DNA of 39,421 nt, taken from positions 1-39,421 of the IMG/VR virus record IMGVR_UViG_3300026991_000009. One strand, given 5' to 3'. Source of the stretch: a virus. This document shows positions 17,045-26,415 of this stretch, in pieces. Numbering within the stretch: the first letter of the stretch is position 1; every line of letters begins with the position of its first letter. Below the pieces are notes generated by a model that saw only the letters and a list, made by a program, of their open reading frames with translations, was not told where the DNA came from and made no database searches. The position numbers were made by a program, and so were the translations under genes.

Positions 17045-17156
17045 GAAACAACCCCTGATGACGCGCCCGTAGTCGCGGCGGGCGTCGAGGATACCACGCG
17101 GCGTTTTCGGTGCTAATCATCATGATGACCACAGCGTACAGTAGCGGAGGTATCGC

Positions 17157-18074
17157 ATGACGGGGGCCGGCAGCCCCACCGTCGCGGTCGTGAAGGAGGA
17201 CGGCTTCCGGACGCTCCCGGGGACGCCGTCGTATTTCCTCCCGGGCCGCAACATCACGTTCGACGAGATTTCGTTGGGGAACGCACTCCAGCGGATGCGG
17301 TCGCCGACGAACGAAGAGGCAGTCGACAGCATCGCCACCAACCTCGAGGGCGCGCTGTCGGCGTCGTGGGTCGTCTCCCAGGACACCCACACGAACGTCC
17401 GCGACCTCGTCTTCAACGACGGCGGGACGGGCTTCACCAGCGGCCTCGCGAACACGTCGCGGTGGTACCTCGGCCTGAACTACTCGACTGGTGGAGCGGT
17501 CGCGACAGTCGAGCGCGAGCTGGAGGGCGTCATCCCGCTGGACTACAGCATCCAGTACACGCAGGGCGGCGTCATCCGGGCGTCGATGACGATGGGCTAC
17601 GCTGCTGAAGGGAACGCGACGAGCATCACGCCCGGGACGATCTCCGGGCCGACCGATGGCGGCGACGTCCCGTTCCACGGCGCCAACTTCTCCATCGACA
17701 CCAGCGCCCAGACGAAGCTGCAGAGCGCGACGCTGTCGTTCTCGAATCTCTACCGGTACCACGACGGCGCCTCGCGCTACCCCGTCGACGCCGTCCTGGC
17801 GGCGCCGGAGGTCTCCCTCGAGGCGACGTCGACGTTCAGCGAGACGGACCAACTCGAACTCGCCTATGGGTCGTCGGGCGCCACGTCTACAGAAGACTCG
17901 CTCACGAACGTCGCCGGCGAGGTGTCGTTCGACGTCGACGGAAGCACGGTCGCGACGTACACGCTCCCGAAGATGAAGTGCGACACGCACAACTGGAACT
18001 CGCTCGTCGACGCGGAGTCCGACGCGGCCGAGCAGACGTCGTGGCACGCCAACGGAGGTATTTCGGTCGCATGA
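17157..18074 (+). CDS. Major tail tube protein
   Basis: 305 aa, ggaggt SD, MTGAGSPTVA start, upstream of chaperone and tape measure genes. Confidence 0.8.
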   Translation: MTGAGSPTVAVVKEDGFRTLPGTPSYFLPGRNITFDEISLGNALQRMRSPTNEEAVDSIATNLEGALSASWVVSQDTHTNVRDLVFNDGGTGFTSGLANTSRWYLGLNYSTGGAVATVERELEGVIPLDYSIQYTQGGVIRASMTMGYAAEGNATSITPGTISGPTDGGDVPFHGANFSIDTSAQTKLQSATLSFSNLYRYHDGASRYPVDAVLAAPEVSLEATSTFSETDQLELAYGSSGATSTEDSLTNVAGEVSFDVDGSTVATYTLPKMKCDTHNWNSLVDAESDAAEQTSWHANGGISVA

Positions 18075-18601
18075 GCCTGACCGAGGAGACGCGGACGCTG
18101 GGCGAGGAGTTCGACCGCCTGGACGAGCGTCTGGACGATGTCGCCGACCGCCTCTCCGACACGGAGGGTGGGACGGCGTCGGGCCAGGCACTCCTCCAGG
18201 AGGCCAACAGCGTCGAGACGCAGCTCGGCGGCGTGGGCTACCTCATCGACGAGTACGGCGAAGAGGCCGAGGTGGCCATCGCCGGCCTCGACGCTGGCGA
18301 GTACGCCCGCGTCCAGGACCGTGCCGAGGCCATCCGCTCGCAACAGGACCACCCGGGCGACGTCCCGGGAGCGCGGAGCAACGTCTTCGCAGCAATGGGG
18401 CTCGTCGACGCGCCGTTCCTCGCCGATCCTGACGACGAGGACGACGGTGGCGACTCGCTGGACGCGAAGGTGTCGGCCGTGGCGTCCCAGCCCATCGGCG
18501 TGTCGAAGTGGCTCGAAGCGGTCGCGAACAGCCTGACGACGGTGTCCCAGGGAAACTTCAAGCCCTTGAGCGAGCGACTCGCGGAGAGATCGGAGGGCTG
18601 A
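18071..18601 (+). CDS. Tail assembly chaperone (gpG-like), 176 aa
   Basis: Between tail tube and tape measure genes; in-phase slippery heptamer near its 3' end. Confidence 0.8.
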   Translation: MSLTEETRTLGEEFDRLDERLDDVADRLSDTEGGTASGQALLQEANSVETQLGGVGYLIDEYGEEAEVAIAGLDAGEYARVQDRAEAIRSQQDHPGDVPGARSNVFAAMGLVDAPFLADPDDEDDGGDSLDAKVSAVASQPIGVSKWLEAVANSLTTVSQGNFKPLSERLAERSEG

Positions 18602-18738
18602 GCCATGCCGAACAGGTCGACTACGCCGTCTCGGTCCTCGGTCTCTACGGCCACTCACCGGAAGACGTCCGGGAGATGCCCTGGCGAGACGTCCGGCTCA
18701 TCCTCGCCATGCACCACATGACCAACGGAGGGATCTGA
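18550..18738 (+). CDS. -1 frameshift extension of the tail chaperone (gpT-like)
   Basis: G GGA AAC at 18550-18556; the -1 frame stays open to 18738 and encodes ...LGLYGHSPEDVREMPWRDV... Confidence 0.75.
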   Translation, partial: GKLQALERATRGEIGGLSHAEQVDYAVSVLGLYGHSPEDVREMPWRDVRLILAMHHMTNGGI

Positions 18739-18740
18739 CC

Positions 18741-19703
18741 GTGGCGGAGTTCGGCGCCGCCGCAACCCTCGAAGTCTCTGTCTCGGACAGTGAACTCCGA
18801 GCGGCGCGCAGTCGCATCGAAGACGAGCTGGGCGACGTCGAGGTGGGCGTGTCGACGCCACCCTCTCGAACCCCGCCGGGGACGGCCATGAGCGACGGCG
18901 GCCTCGGAAGCGTGGACGCGCTCCTCTCGGCGCAACTGGAGGCGCTCGAAGACATCCACGAAGAACTGGAGACGATCGGCGCCAGCGGCGGCATGGGCGG
19001 CGGCGGTGGCGGTGGTGGCGCTGGGGGAACGATCCTCGCCGGCCTCGGCGCACGGAGTCTGCTCGCGGGCGGGACTGCTGCAGGTGTTACGGCGGCCGGT
19101 ACGACGGCACTGGCAGCCGGGAGTATCGTTGGGACTGGCGCGATGATCGGCAAGGGCGCTCGGAACGTCATGCAAGGCCAGTTCCCCGACGCGTATGCGC
19201 CGTCGTCGGAGGGCATCTCGGGGACGTCCTACGCGTACACGGAGGAAGACGGCATCGGTGGCAGTGCGGAGCCGGTGATCAACCCCGAAGAGATACAGCA
19301 GTCGCTCAGCGGTCTGGAGTTCCCCCAGCCGGACTGGGTGTCGATGCTCGACCAGGGCATCGACTTCGCCAAGCCGCCCTGGCTGCAGCAACTCGAACAG
19401 GTCCAGCAACAGCAGCCGTCGTGGATGTCTAACCTCAACCCCTTCGGCGGCGGCGGAGGTGGCTCGTCCAGTGCGGACTGGTCGAACGTCCCTTCGGCCC
19501 AGCGCAAGCGCTACCAGAACGAGACCGGCACCCGAGACACCGGCTTTCGTGACCTTCGCGTCGACGTCGGTGGCGTCCAGTTCGACATGGACCCGAACCA
19601 GCTGCAGCGAGAGATCGAACGCGCCGTCGACGACCTGACGCCGCAGATCGTCGACCAGGCGGTACAGGAAGTCCAGGACCTCGTGCCTGGAGGTGGATTC
19701 TAA
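18741..19703 (+). CDS. Short tape measure protein (GTG start), 320 aa
   Basis: After chaperone; Gly/Ala-rich segment and P-x-W repeats. Confidence 0.7.
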   Translation: MAEFGAAATLEVSVSDSELRAARSRIEDELGDVEVGVSTPPSRTPPGTAMSDGGLGSVDALLSAQLEALEDIHEELETIGASGGMGGGGGGGGAGGTILAGLGARSLLAGGTAAGVTAAGTTALAAGSIVGTGAMIGKGARNVMQGQFPDAYAPSSEGISGTSYAYTEEDGIGGSAEPVINPEEIQQSLSGLEFPQPDWVSMLDQGIDFAKPPWLQQLEQVQQQQPSWMSNLNPFGGGGGGSSSADWSNVPSAQRKRYQNETGTRDTGFRDLRVDVGGVQFDMDPNQLQREIERAVDDLTPQIVDQAVQEVQDLVPGGGF

Positions 19704-19704
19704 C

Positions 19705-20280
19705 ATGCCACCACTCGGGAAAGCCATCCTCACTGTCGAGGCCGATCCCGACGGGGACGGCAACACCGAAACCGGTGAGTTCCACTTCGTCGACGTCGAG
19801 GTGACGCGTGGCCTGCGGACGGGCTACCTCGTCGGCGGCCGCGGTTCGACGACGAACGCCATTCTCGATAGTATCCTCGGCGACGGCGAGTCTCGCCAGC
19901 AGGGCGTCTTCCTCGGCTTTGGTGGCGGGACGCAGACCTACGATATCTCCCTCTCGGGCTGGGAGGGGGCGTCTGACCAGTGGGGCGATACGGGTAACGG
20001 CGGCAGTGCGACCGACGCGACGGGCGACCCGCGCGAGACGCAGATCGACGTCCTGATGAAGTACCTGACGACGGCGGACCTGGACTCGCGCAACCCGGCG
20101 CAATTCGAGTACGGCGAGCACCACTCCGGCGGGTATTACGACCCTGTCAACGTCGTCCCCGAACAGCCGTCGTTCACGCCGCCGATCGACGAGTCGAGTA
20201 GCTTCACTGGGCAGCTGACGCTGCTGTCGGCGGCCGACCTGACGAAGGCACTCGACGGGCAGAAACAGAACCCCTACTGA
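19705..20280 (+). CDS. Distal tail (Dit-like) protein
   Basis: Immediately after tape measure; likely start MPPLGK at 19705. Confidence 0.6.
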   Translation: MPPLGKAILTVEADPDGDGNTETGEFHFVDVEVTRGLRTGYLVGGRGSTTNAILDSILGDGESRQQGVFLGFGGGTQTYDISLSGWEGASDQWGDTGNGGSATDATGDPRETQIDVLMKYLTTADLDSRNPAQFEYGEHHSGGYYDPVNVVPEQPSFTPPIDESSSFTGQLTLLSAADLTKALDGQKQNPY

Positions 20281-20283
20281 GAC

Positions 20284-21393
20284 ATGACCGACAGAAACCT
20301 CTACGTATGCAGTATCTCCTCGGACGCGCAGACTCGGGGGCAGGCACAGGCCAACCAGCGGACTGCTCAGCAGGGCATCCTCAACTCGGACACGGGCGCC
20401 GTCGAGTCCATCGCCACCGAGCCCGGGGAGCAACGGCTTGTCCTGGAGTACCGAAGCACCTACGCCGAGAAGATGGCCGCCGAGTTGGACGAACTCGCGA
20501 ACGCCTCGGCCATCGACGAGGTGCCGTTCTACGCGATCGGGACGACGACGCCGTCGGACGGCTACTACACCATCTCGAACGCCTCCACTGGCCGAACTGA
20601 CCCGCGAGCCTCGGAAATGACGTCCTTCGACGGCCGCCTCACCCACAAGGGGACACGGGCCAGCTATCGCCGCGCCGTCGAGACGAACGTCTCGCAGGTC
20701 GACCACCCACTCGGGAACGACCAGACGGCCTACGTCGGTGTCCCAGCGACGGCGTCGAAGGTCCAGTGGTTCGACCGATCGCAGGGGACCGATACGCCAA
20801 CGCTCGTCGAGACGCGCAGCGCCGAGCTGGGCGACGTCGAGATCTACGACGCCGACGCGGCGCCGTTCGACAACCCGACCATCGTCTACGCCATCGACTA
20901 CGCCGACGAGGGGCCGACCGACGTCCGTCTCTGGGACGAACGCGGTGTCGGCGACAAGCTCGACGCTGAGGGCGTCCTGCAGTGGCAGAAGGTGTTCGTC
21001 TCCTCGCACGACTACACGGGCGAGGCCATCCTCGACAACGGCCTCGTTCGGTTGCGCTTCGACGAGACCGCGCCGTCGCTTTCCGTGGAGCGCTGGGACG
21101 ACGCAGGCGGCGCGTGGACGTCGCAGTCGCTCGGCGCTTCCAGTTGGTCGTTCGCCGACTTGGACGTCCGCGAGGTGGGTCTGGCGAGCGCCCACGCCGT
21201 CGTCGAGTTCACCGACGGGACGAACTCCGTCGACGTGGACTGCTGGGTCAAGCGCGGATGGGAGGACCCGTTGTGGGGTGAGCGAAGTGAGGCGATCCCG
21301 GCAGGACTGGTGGACCTCCTCTCGCCGGTCGCGAGCGCGTCGGATTACGAGCCCGGTGAGAGCAAGGGACTGGTTGATAGGGGTGAGCTGTAG
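20284..21393 (+). CDS. Tail tip/baseplate protein
   Basis: 369 aa in the tail operon, native codon usage. Confidence 0.65.
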   Translation: MTDRNLYVCSISSDAQTRGQAQANQRTAQQGILNSDTGAVESIATEPGEQRLVLEYRSTYAEKMAAELDELANASAIDEVPFYAIGTTTPSDGYYTISNASTGRTDPRASEMTSFDGRLTHKGTRASYRRAVETNVSQVDHPLGNDQTAYVGVPATASKVQWFDRSQGTDTPTLVETRSAELGDVEIYDADAAPFDNPTIVYAIDYADEGPTDVRLWDERGVGDKLDAEGVLQWQKVFVSSHDYTGEAILDNGLVRLRFDETAPSLSVERWDDAGGAWTSQSLGASSWSFADLDVREVGLASAHAVVEFTDGTNSVDVDCWVKRGWEDPLWGERSEAIPAGLVDLLSPVASASDYEPGESKGLVDRGEL

Positions 21394-22221
21394 ATGGTCA
21401 ATATCATCTGGGAGACAGCCGGCGACTGGGACAGTGCGGCGAGCGATGACGGCGTCGTTCACGAATCCGTCGCGAACACGGATCACGACGATGGCGGAAC
21501 GGTCAAGCGAGGCTACTCTGCCGAAACGCCGTTATTCGGCACCGACCTCGCCATCTACTGGCCACTTCAGGAGGATAGTGGGTCGACCGCGAACGATTTC
21601 TCAGGCGCAGGAAATGACGGCACAGTCAACGGAGCGACGCTTGGAGCGAGCGGGCTACTCGGGACGAGCGCATACGGGTTCGACGGGACCGACGATTACG
21701 TCGAGATCGCGGATGACCCGTCGTTTAGCGGGCTGGGATCGTTCACAATCTCGCTCTGGTTTACGCACCAAAACGCGGGCTCGCGGTCGAAAATCGCGGC
21801 AAAAGGCGTCGACGTCGGTAGTAATCGCAACTACGAATGGGAGTTTTCCAAGCTGTCGGACGAGACAATCAGATTCGACGTCACCGACGGCACCGACAAC
21901 ACGGAGGTCGTCACCAGCACGAGTACAGCAGAGGGTGTCTGGTATCACGTCGGCGCCGTGTACGACGACGCTGCCGGCGATATCGAGATCTATCTCGATG
22001 GGTCACTCGAAGACTCTGCCACGCCCGTCACGATGCAAAACGATGGTGGACCTCTCTGGCTCGGTGCTGAGGCTGACGGAGGAAGCGGGACCGAGTGGCT
22101 TGACGGACGGATAGCAGAGTTCCGGTTCTACGACGCGGTGCTCTCGGGAACGCAGCTGCAAACCATCATCGACGTCGTCGAGACGAACGGCACGCTGACG
22201 ACGGACTGGAGGTCTCCCTGA
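21394..22221 (+). CDS. LamG/concanavalin-A-like lectin domain virion protein
   Basis: YWPLQEDSGSTAND, FDGTDDYVEI, SFTISLWF, WYHVGAVYD, IYLDG, GRIAEFRFYDAVLS. Confidence 0.9.
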   Translation: MVNIIWETAGDWDSAASDDGVVHESVANTDHDDGGTVKRGYSAETPLFGTDLAIYWPLQEDSGSTANDFSGAGNDGTVNGATLGASGLLGTSAYGFDGTDDYVEIADDPSFSGLGSFTISLWFTHQNAGSRSKIAAKGVDVGSNRNYEWEFSKLSDETIRFDVTDGTDNTEVVTSTSTAEGVWYHVGAVYDDAAGDIEIYLDGSLEDSATPVTMQNDGGPLWLGAEADGGSGTEWLDGRIAEFRFYDAVLSGTQLQTIIDVVETNGTLTTDWRSP

Positions 22222-25200
22222 TGGTTGATCTCATTACCTCAGCGACGCTCAACGGTGGGTCGATATCGCTCACCATCGAGCAGGACGACGATGGTGACGG
22301 AACGGCGGACGTCACAGAACAGGTTAGCGTCAGCGACGGCGAGACGACCACTGCACTGTCGACCATCACAACAGGGGCCACACAGTACCGGATCTCGCAG
22401 GATATCTCGGGAGAGGCGCAACTCCACAGCCATCGGCTTGCCACGTTTGGGGTCACTGGGTTCGCAGTCGCCGACGGGTCGGGAAGCGAGTTCGACCTCT
22501 CCTGGGACGGCGACGCTTACCCGTCGGGTGAGTGGCGCATCTTCCGCAGTACTGTCGATAGCCCGACGTATCCAGGCGACTACACGCATATCGACACCGT
22601 CTCCGACCCTGGTGCAACGAGTTACACCGACACGCTGCAGAAAGACGGCCGGACGTTCTCGTGGTTCGTCCGTCGTCTCGTCGACGGCAATACAACCGAC
22701 TCGTCGCGTGTCACGCTCGCGTTTGCTGATGAGGATCAACCCGTTCTGGGCAACGGTGTCGAGGATGAGGTCGCGATCGACAGGGAGACGGCTGTCTCTG
22801 GCTACGGTGACGTCAGATTCCAGATCCGAGATACGGGCGAGGCGACCTGGGACAGTAACGCGGCCGGCTACGACGAGCAGGTCATTGACTCGGGGACCAT
22901 CACGACGATATTCGCTGGTCGCGAGGATGGCGAAGAATACGAGGTTCGGGGTCGGACCGAGGCGGAAGACATCACCGGGGCATGGACTGCTCCGGTCAGT
23001 ATCGTCGCGAAGCTCCCCGGCATCACTAATCTAACTTCCGACACCGTCACCGAGACGTCCGTCGACCTATCATGGCAAGACAACGCCGACAACGAGGACG
23101 GCATCGACGTCGAGCGTGCGAAGCAGTACGACGACGGCTGGGGACCGTTCCGAGATTTCGGGACGCTGGACCCGAACACAGAGGCCTTTGCCGACGATAC
23201 AGTCTCGCCGAACCGGACGTATCGCTATCGCCTGCGAATCTTCACCGAACATGCGGATGCGACGTCGACGATCGACGTGGACACGGCGACGAACGACGTC
23301 CGCCAGACGAACGTTCCAACTCGGGGCTGGTACGTCGAAGTGGACCACCCGAGCGGCCGGACACTCACGCCGAGCATCATCGCCGAGGACGTCGACTACC
23401 CGACGCCAGTGAACGACCTGCCGCGTGTGCGTATCCCCATCCCGAAGGCGGACATCTGGCTCAACGACCAGCAGCTCGAGGAGCAACCGCTGCGAGTCTG
23501 GCAGGACGGCAAGCGCAAACCCATCGGCCAGCTGGAGAACGTTCGCGAGCGACCGGACCGAGTCATCCTCGAAGGCCGCGGAGGGCTCGCACTGACGAAC
23601 CGCGTAACCGTCGAGTACACGGAGGAGGAAGCCCAGGCCGGCGCGGCGGACGTCATCGGCCAGACGGGACTGGCATACGACGTCGACGACCCGACGACGG
23701 AGACGTCGACCGACGACCGAATGCAGTCGGCGGACACGACGTCGGAGTGGCTCGACCGACTCGCCACGCTCGACGACATCGTCACCGTGGAGAATGGCGT
23801 CCTAACGACGTACCAGGTGGGCTACTTTGGCGAGGCAGAGGATGGCACCATCGGCACGAACGGCTCGGTCATCGGGAGCAGCACCTATTCGAGCGAGGAG
23901 GCTGTCGGCTTCGACGGCCCGACCGGCCTCCAGCACTTCGTCGAGGTCGACATCGAAACGGACCACGATATCCCGGCCGGCGACGTCCAGTTTGCCGCAC
24001 GCCTCAACTTCCTCGACGACGGCGACATGGGGTTCAACCTCTTGCTCGATGGCCAGGAGGTGGAGAGCTACAGCGCCGACTCGAACGTCGGCACTGGGAC
24101 GTCCTGGCGGACGACGAGCCAGTACTCTTCGTCGCTCCCGGCAGGGACGCACACGCTTCGGATCGAGTTCGACGAGGACTCTACTACTGACGACGGGTCG
24201 ATCGACGTGGATGCGCTGGCGCTGTGGGACGGCCGCTACGCAAGCCAGCCCGGGAATAGCGTCACCGGTGGGGTGTTGTCGTGGGACCTCTACCCTGGCG
24301 GCATAGAGCAGGAAATGACCGACGCCGTCACGTTCCTGTCCATCGTCGCCGGGAAGCTCACGAGTTCGTGGAACGGCACCTCGGGCGACCAGGCGGTGGC
24401 GATCTCGAACGACCAGGGGCAGAACTGGATCGAGGCGACGAACAGCGAGACGGTCGAGGGCGAGTTCGCCAGTGGCGCGGCGCAGATCCGGGCGCGCTTC
24501 CGGCTGGCTGGCTACGACCCCGACCCGGACACGTCTCCCGCCGGGCGGAAGGTGCCGCACGAGGTCGACCTCTACGACCTGTATGCAGATCAATCCGATC
24601 TGCCCTTGCTCATCAACAAGAAGCACGACGGGTCGGCAAAGGACGCCCTCCAACGTTGGGCGCAGTTCGCCGACGCGCTGTGGACGGTCATCTGGGACGA
24701 ATCAATCGATGACGAGCGCGTCGTGTGGACATGGCCCGGCCTGCGGACGCGCGAATCCAGCGTCGACCTCGTGGACTACGAGACGGCGAAGCTCAACGAG
24801 GAATCCTACGAGCAAGTGCTCGTGAAAGGCCAGGCGAAGACGGAGACGGGCGACAGCGTGACTGCGGACATCGGCAACGCAGCCCCTCTCGAACACGGCG
24901 ACATCGTGGAGGGTTCTGGGCGAGTGTATAACCGCGACGACGGGACAGAGTACTCAGAGGGTTCGGACTACGAACTCGCTCGTATCCCCGGTGAACTAAC
25001 TGCTCTCTCAGGCGGATCTATCTCCGATGGGGAACCTCTCGCAGTCGACTACAACTGGAAGATCAGCGGCGTCTACCCAGAAGACGACATGCTGGACACG
25101 AACGACCCGAAGGTGGTCGTCCGAGACGTCCCCTCGCTCCCTTCCGAGCGCATGTGCCAGCAAGCCGCTCTTTACCTCTACCGCGTCGTCGACGAGCCAC

Positions 25201-25421
25201 TCATCCGGGCCGAGGCGACGGTCGACGAGCTGCCGCCCGACGTCTCCGTCGTCGAGACGCTGACGATCCCGAACCTGCCGACGGCTGGGGAGGCGGTCGA
25301 ACTCCAGGACATCACGCAGTCGGAGAAGTCTCCGACGTTCGTCCTCGGCAACCGCCAGGGACTCGGTGAAGCACTCCAGAAGATCCGCAGCCGACTCCAG
25401 GACGTGAGCGAATTGGTCTAA
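22221..25421 (+). CDS. Large tail protein with fibronectin type III domains
   Basis: 1066 aa; FDLSWDG and TNLTSDTVTETSVDLSWQDNADNEDG...YRYRLR FN3 signatures. Confidence 0.8.
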   Translation: MVDLITSATLNGGSISLTIEQDDDGDGTADVTEQVSVSDGETTTALSTITTGATQYRISQDISGEAQLHSHRLATFGVTGFAVADGSGSEFDLSWDGDAYPSGEWRIFRSTVDSPTYPGDYTHIDTVSDPGATSYTDTLQKDGRTFSWFVRRLVDGNTTDSSRVTLAFADEDQPVLGNGVEDEVAIDRETAVSGYGDVRFQIRDTGEATWDSNAAGYDEQVIDSGTITTIFAGREDGEEYEVRGRTEAEDITGAWTAPVSIVAKLPGITNLTSDTVTETSVDLSWQDNADNEDGIDVERAKQYDDGWGPFRDFGTLDPNTEAFADDTVSPNRTYRYRLRIFTEHADATSTIDVDTATNDVRQTNVPTRGWYVEVDHPSGRTLTPSIIAEDVDYPTPVNDLPRVRIPIPKADIWLNDQQLEEQPLRVWQDGKRKPIGQLENVRERPDRVILEGRGGLALTNRVTVEYTEEEAQAGAADVIGQTGLAYDVDDPTTETSTDDRMQSADTTSEWLDRLATLDDIVTVENGVLTTYQVGYFGEAEDGTIGTNGSVIGSSTYSSEEAVGFDGPTGLQHFVEVDIETDHDIPAGDVQFAARLNFLDDGDMGFNLLLDGQEVESYSADSNVGTGTSWRTTSQYSSSLPAGTHTLRIEFDEDSTTDDGSIDVDALALWDGRYASQPGNSVTGGVLSWDLYPGGIEQEMTDAVTFLSIVAGKLTSSWNGTSGDQAVAISNDQGQNWIEATNSETVEGEFASGAAQIRARFRLAGYDPDPDTSPAGRKVPHEVDLYDLYADQSDLPLLINKKHDGSAKDALQRWAQFADALWTVIWDESIDDERVVWTWPGLRTRESSVDLVDYETAKLNEESYEQVLVKGQAKTETGDSVTADIGNAAPLEHGDIVEGSGRVYNRDDGTEYSEGSDYELARIPGELTALSGGSISDGEPLAVDYNWKISGVYPEDDMLDTNDPKVVVRDVPSLPSERMCQQAALYLYRVVDEPLIRAEATVDELPPDVSVVETLTIPNLPTAGEAVELQDITQSEKSPTFVLGNRQGLGEALQKIRSRLQDVSELV

Positions 25422-26227
25422 ATCTTCTCGACTGTGGGAAGGCTCCCATTCCACTCTCTGATGGCGGCATCGTCTCGGTGTTTGGTGCCCAACGTCCCAG
25501 ACCAGTTCGCGAAGGGGCCCAGTTCATCAGTCTCCGAGTCCTCTGTGATTTTCCCATCGGACCACTCCCACTCCACCTTTACAGTCACACGAACGGAGTA
25601 GCTGTTGTTGTTCTCGACGTCGAAGTCGAAAATGTCCGACTGGCCGGTATCTGCCTGCGTGAACTCAACGCTAACTCCCTCCTCGGGCTCGGGCGTCGCC
25701 GTCGGCGTGGGCGACTCAGTCGCGGTCTCCGTTTCAGTCTCCGTCGGTGTTTCCGTCGCTGTCTCGGTGGGCGTCTCCGTCGGCGTGTCGGTGCTGGCCT
25801 CGGTCGCCGTAGCCGAGCACGATCCCGCCGCGGGGTTGTCGGCCGACGCCTGCCCGCCGTCGGGACCGTAGACCAGCACGCTCTCGACAACGGCTGCCGT
25901 CTCGAAACTTTCAGTACCAGCGTAGTCTCCGTCAAACTCGGTCGTGCTTCCGTCCGAGAGCGAGGCCAGCACGGGCCCGTAGGCGTCCGCTGTCACCTCG
26001 AAGCTGCTGCAGGTGGGAAAGGTCACGTCGGGGTCGAACGCTGGCGTGGCGGTGCTCGTGGCCGTCTCGGCGGGCGTCGCAGTCGACTCGTTCCCTGCTG
26101 CCTGCGCCTGTCCACTACCACCGCCGAGATCGGCCTGGCTACCAAGCACAGCGCCGGTAGAGAGCACAGCACCCCCGCCAGCAACGTAGCCCAGGAGTTC
26201 ACGCCGAGTCATGCCATCGTCGCTCAT
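25418..26227 (-). CDS. Tat-exported Thr/Pro-rich surface protein (moron), 269 aa
   Basis: MSDDGMTRRELLGYVAGGGAVL twin-arginine signal; TETP repeats; TATA-like cttatg about 25-30 bp upstream of ATG 26227. Confidence 0.85.
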   Translation of the reverse strand: MSDDGMTRRELLGYVAGGGAVLSTGAVLGSQADLGGGSGQAQAAGNESTATPAETATSTATPAFDPDVTFPTCSSFEVTADAYGPVLASLSDGSTTEFDGDYAGTESFETAAVVESVLVYGPDGGQASADNPAAGSCSATATEASTDTPTETPTETATETPTETETETATESPTPTATPEPEEGVSVEFTQADTGQSDIFDFDVENNNSYSVRVTVKVEWEWSDGKITEDSETDELGPFANWSGTLGTKHRDDAAIREWNGSLPTVEKI

Positions 26228-26295
26228 AGGTATAACTCGTTGGCATGGAAACATAAGCGTTCGGCCACTATCTGGCCGAGAAACGAAAGGTCTGG

Positions 26296-26415
26296 TCAGT
26301 CGCGCAGGTTGCGAAGATGGGTGTCCTTCCACCACTCGGACTTGACATCGGACTGCTCGCAGCCCGGGAGGTGGGCGATGTACTCCGGCGCCGCAGCGGA
26401 CTGGCCGCTACCCAT
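26296..26415 (-). pseudogene. Orphan 3' fragment homologous to the C-terminus of the 27229-27462 gene (39-codon ORF)
   Basis: MGSGQSAAAPEYIAHLPGCEQSDVKSEWWKDTHLRNLRD; 10/26 ungapped identities including H-x-P-x-C-x-Q...SEWW. Confidence 0.8.

Noticed and set aside
17117-17128. Perfect palindrome tcatcatgatga upstream of the tail tube gene
   Set aside because: Low-complexity single occurrence; insufficient support for a function
22210-22225. Possible frameshift fusion of the LamG gene and the large tail gene
   Set aside because: Ordinary TGATG coupling; no slippery heptamer in phase
25680-25800. Short tandem repeats here and at 32380-32470 as a possible CRISPR or VNTR
   Set aside because: They encode Thr/Pro/Glu linkers; no repeat-spacer structure and no cas genes
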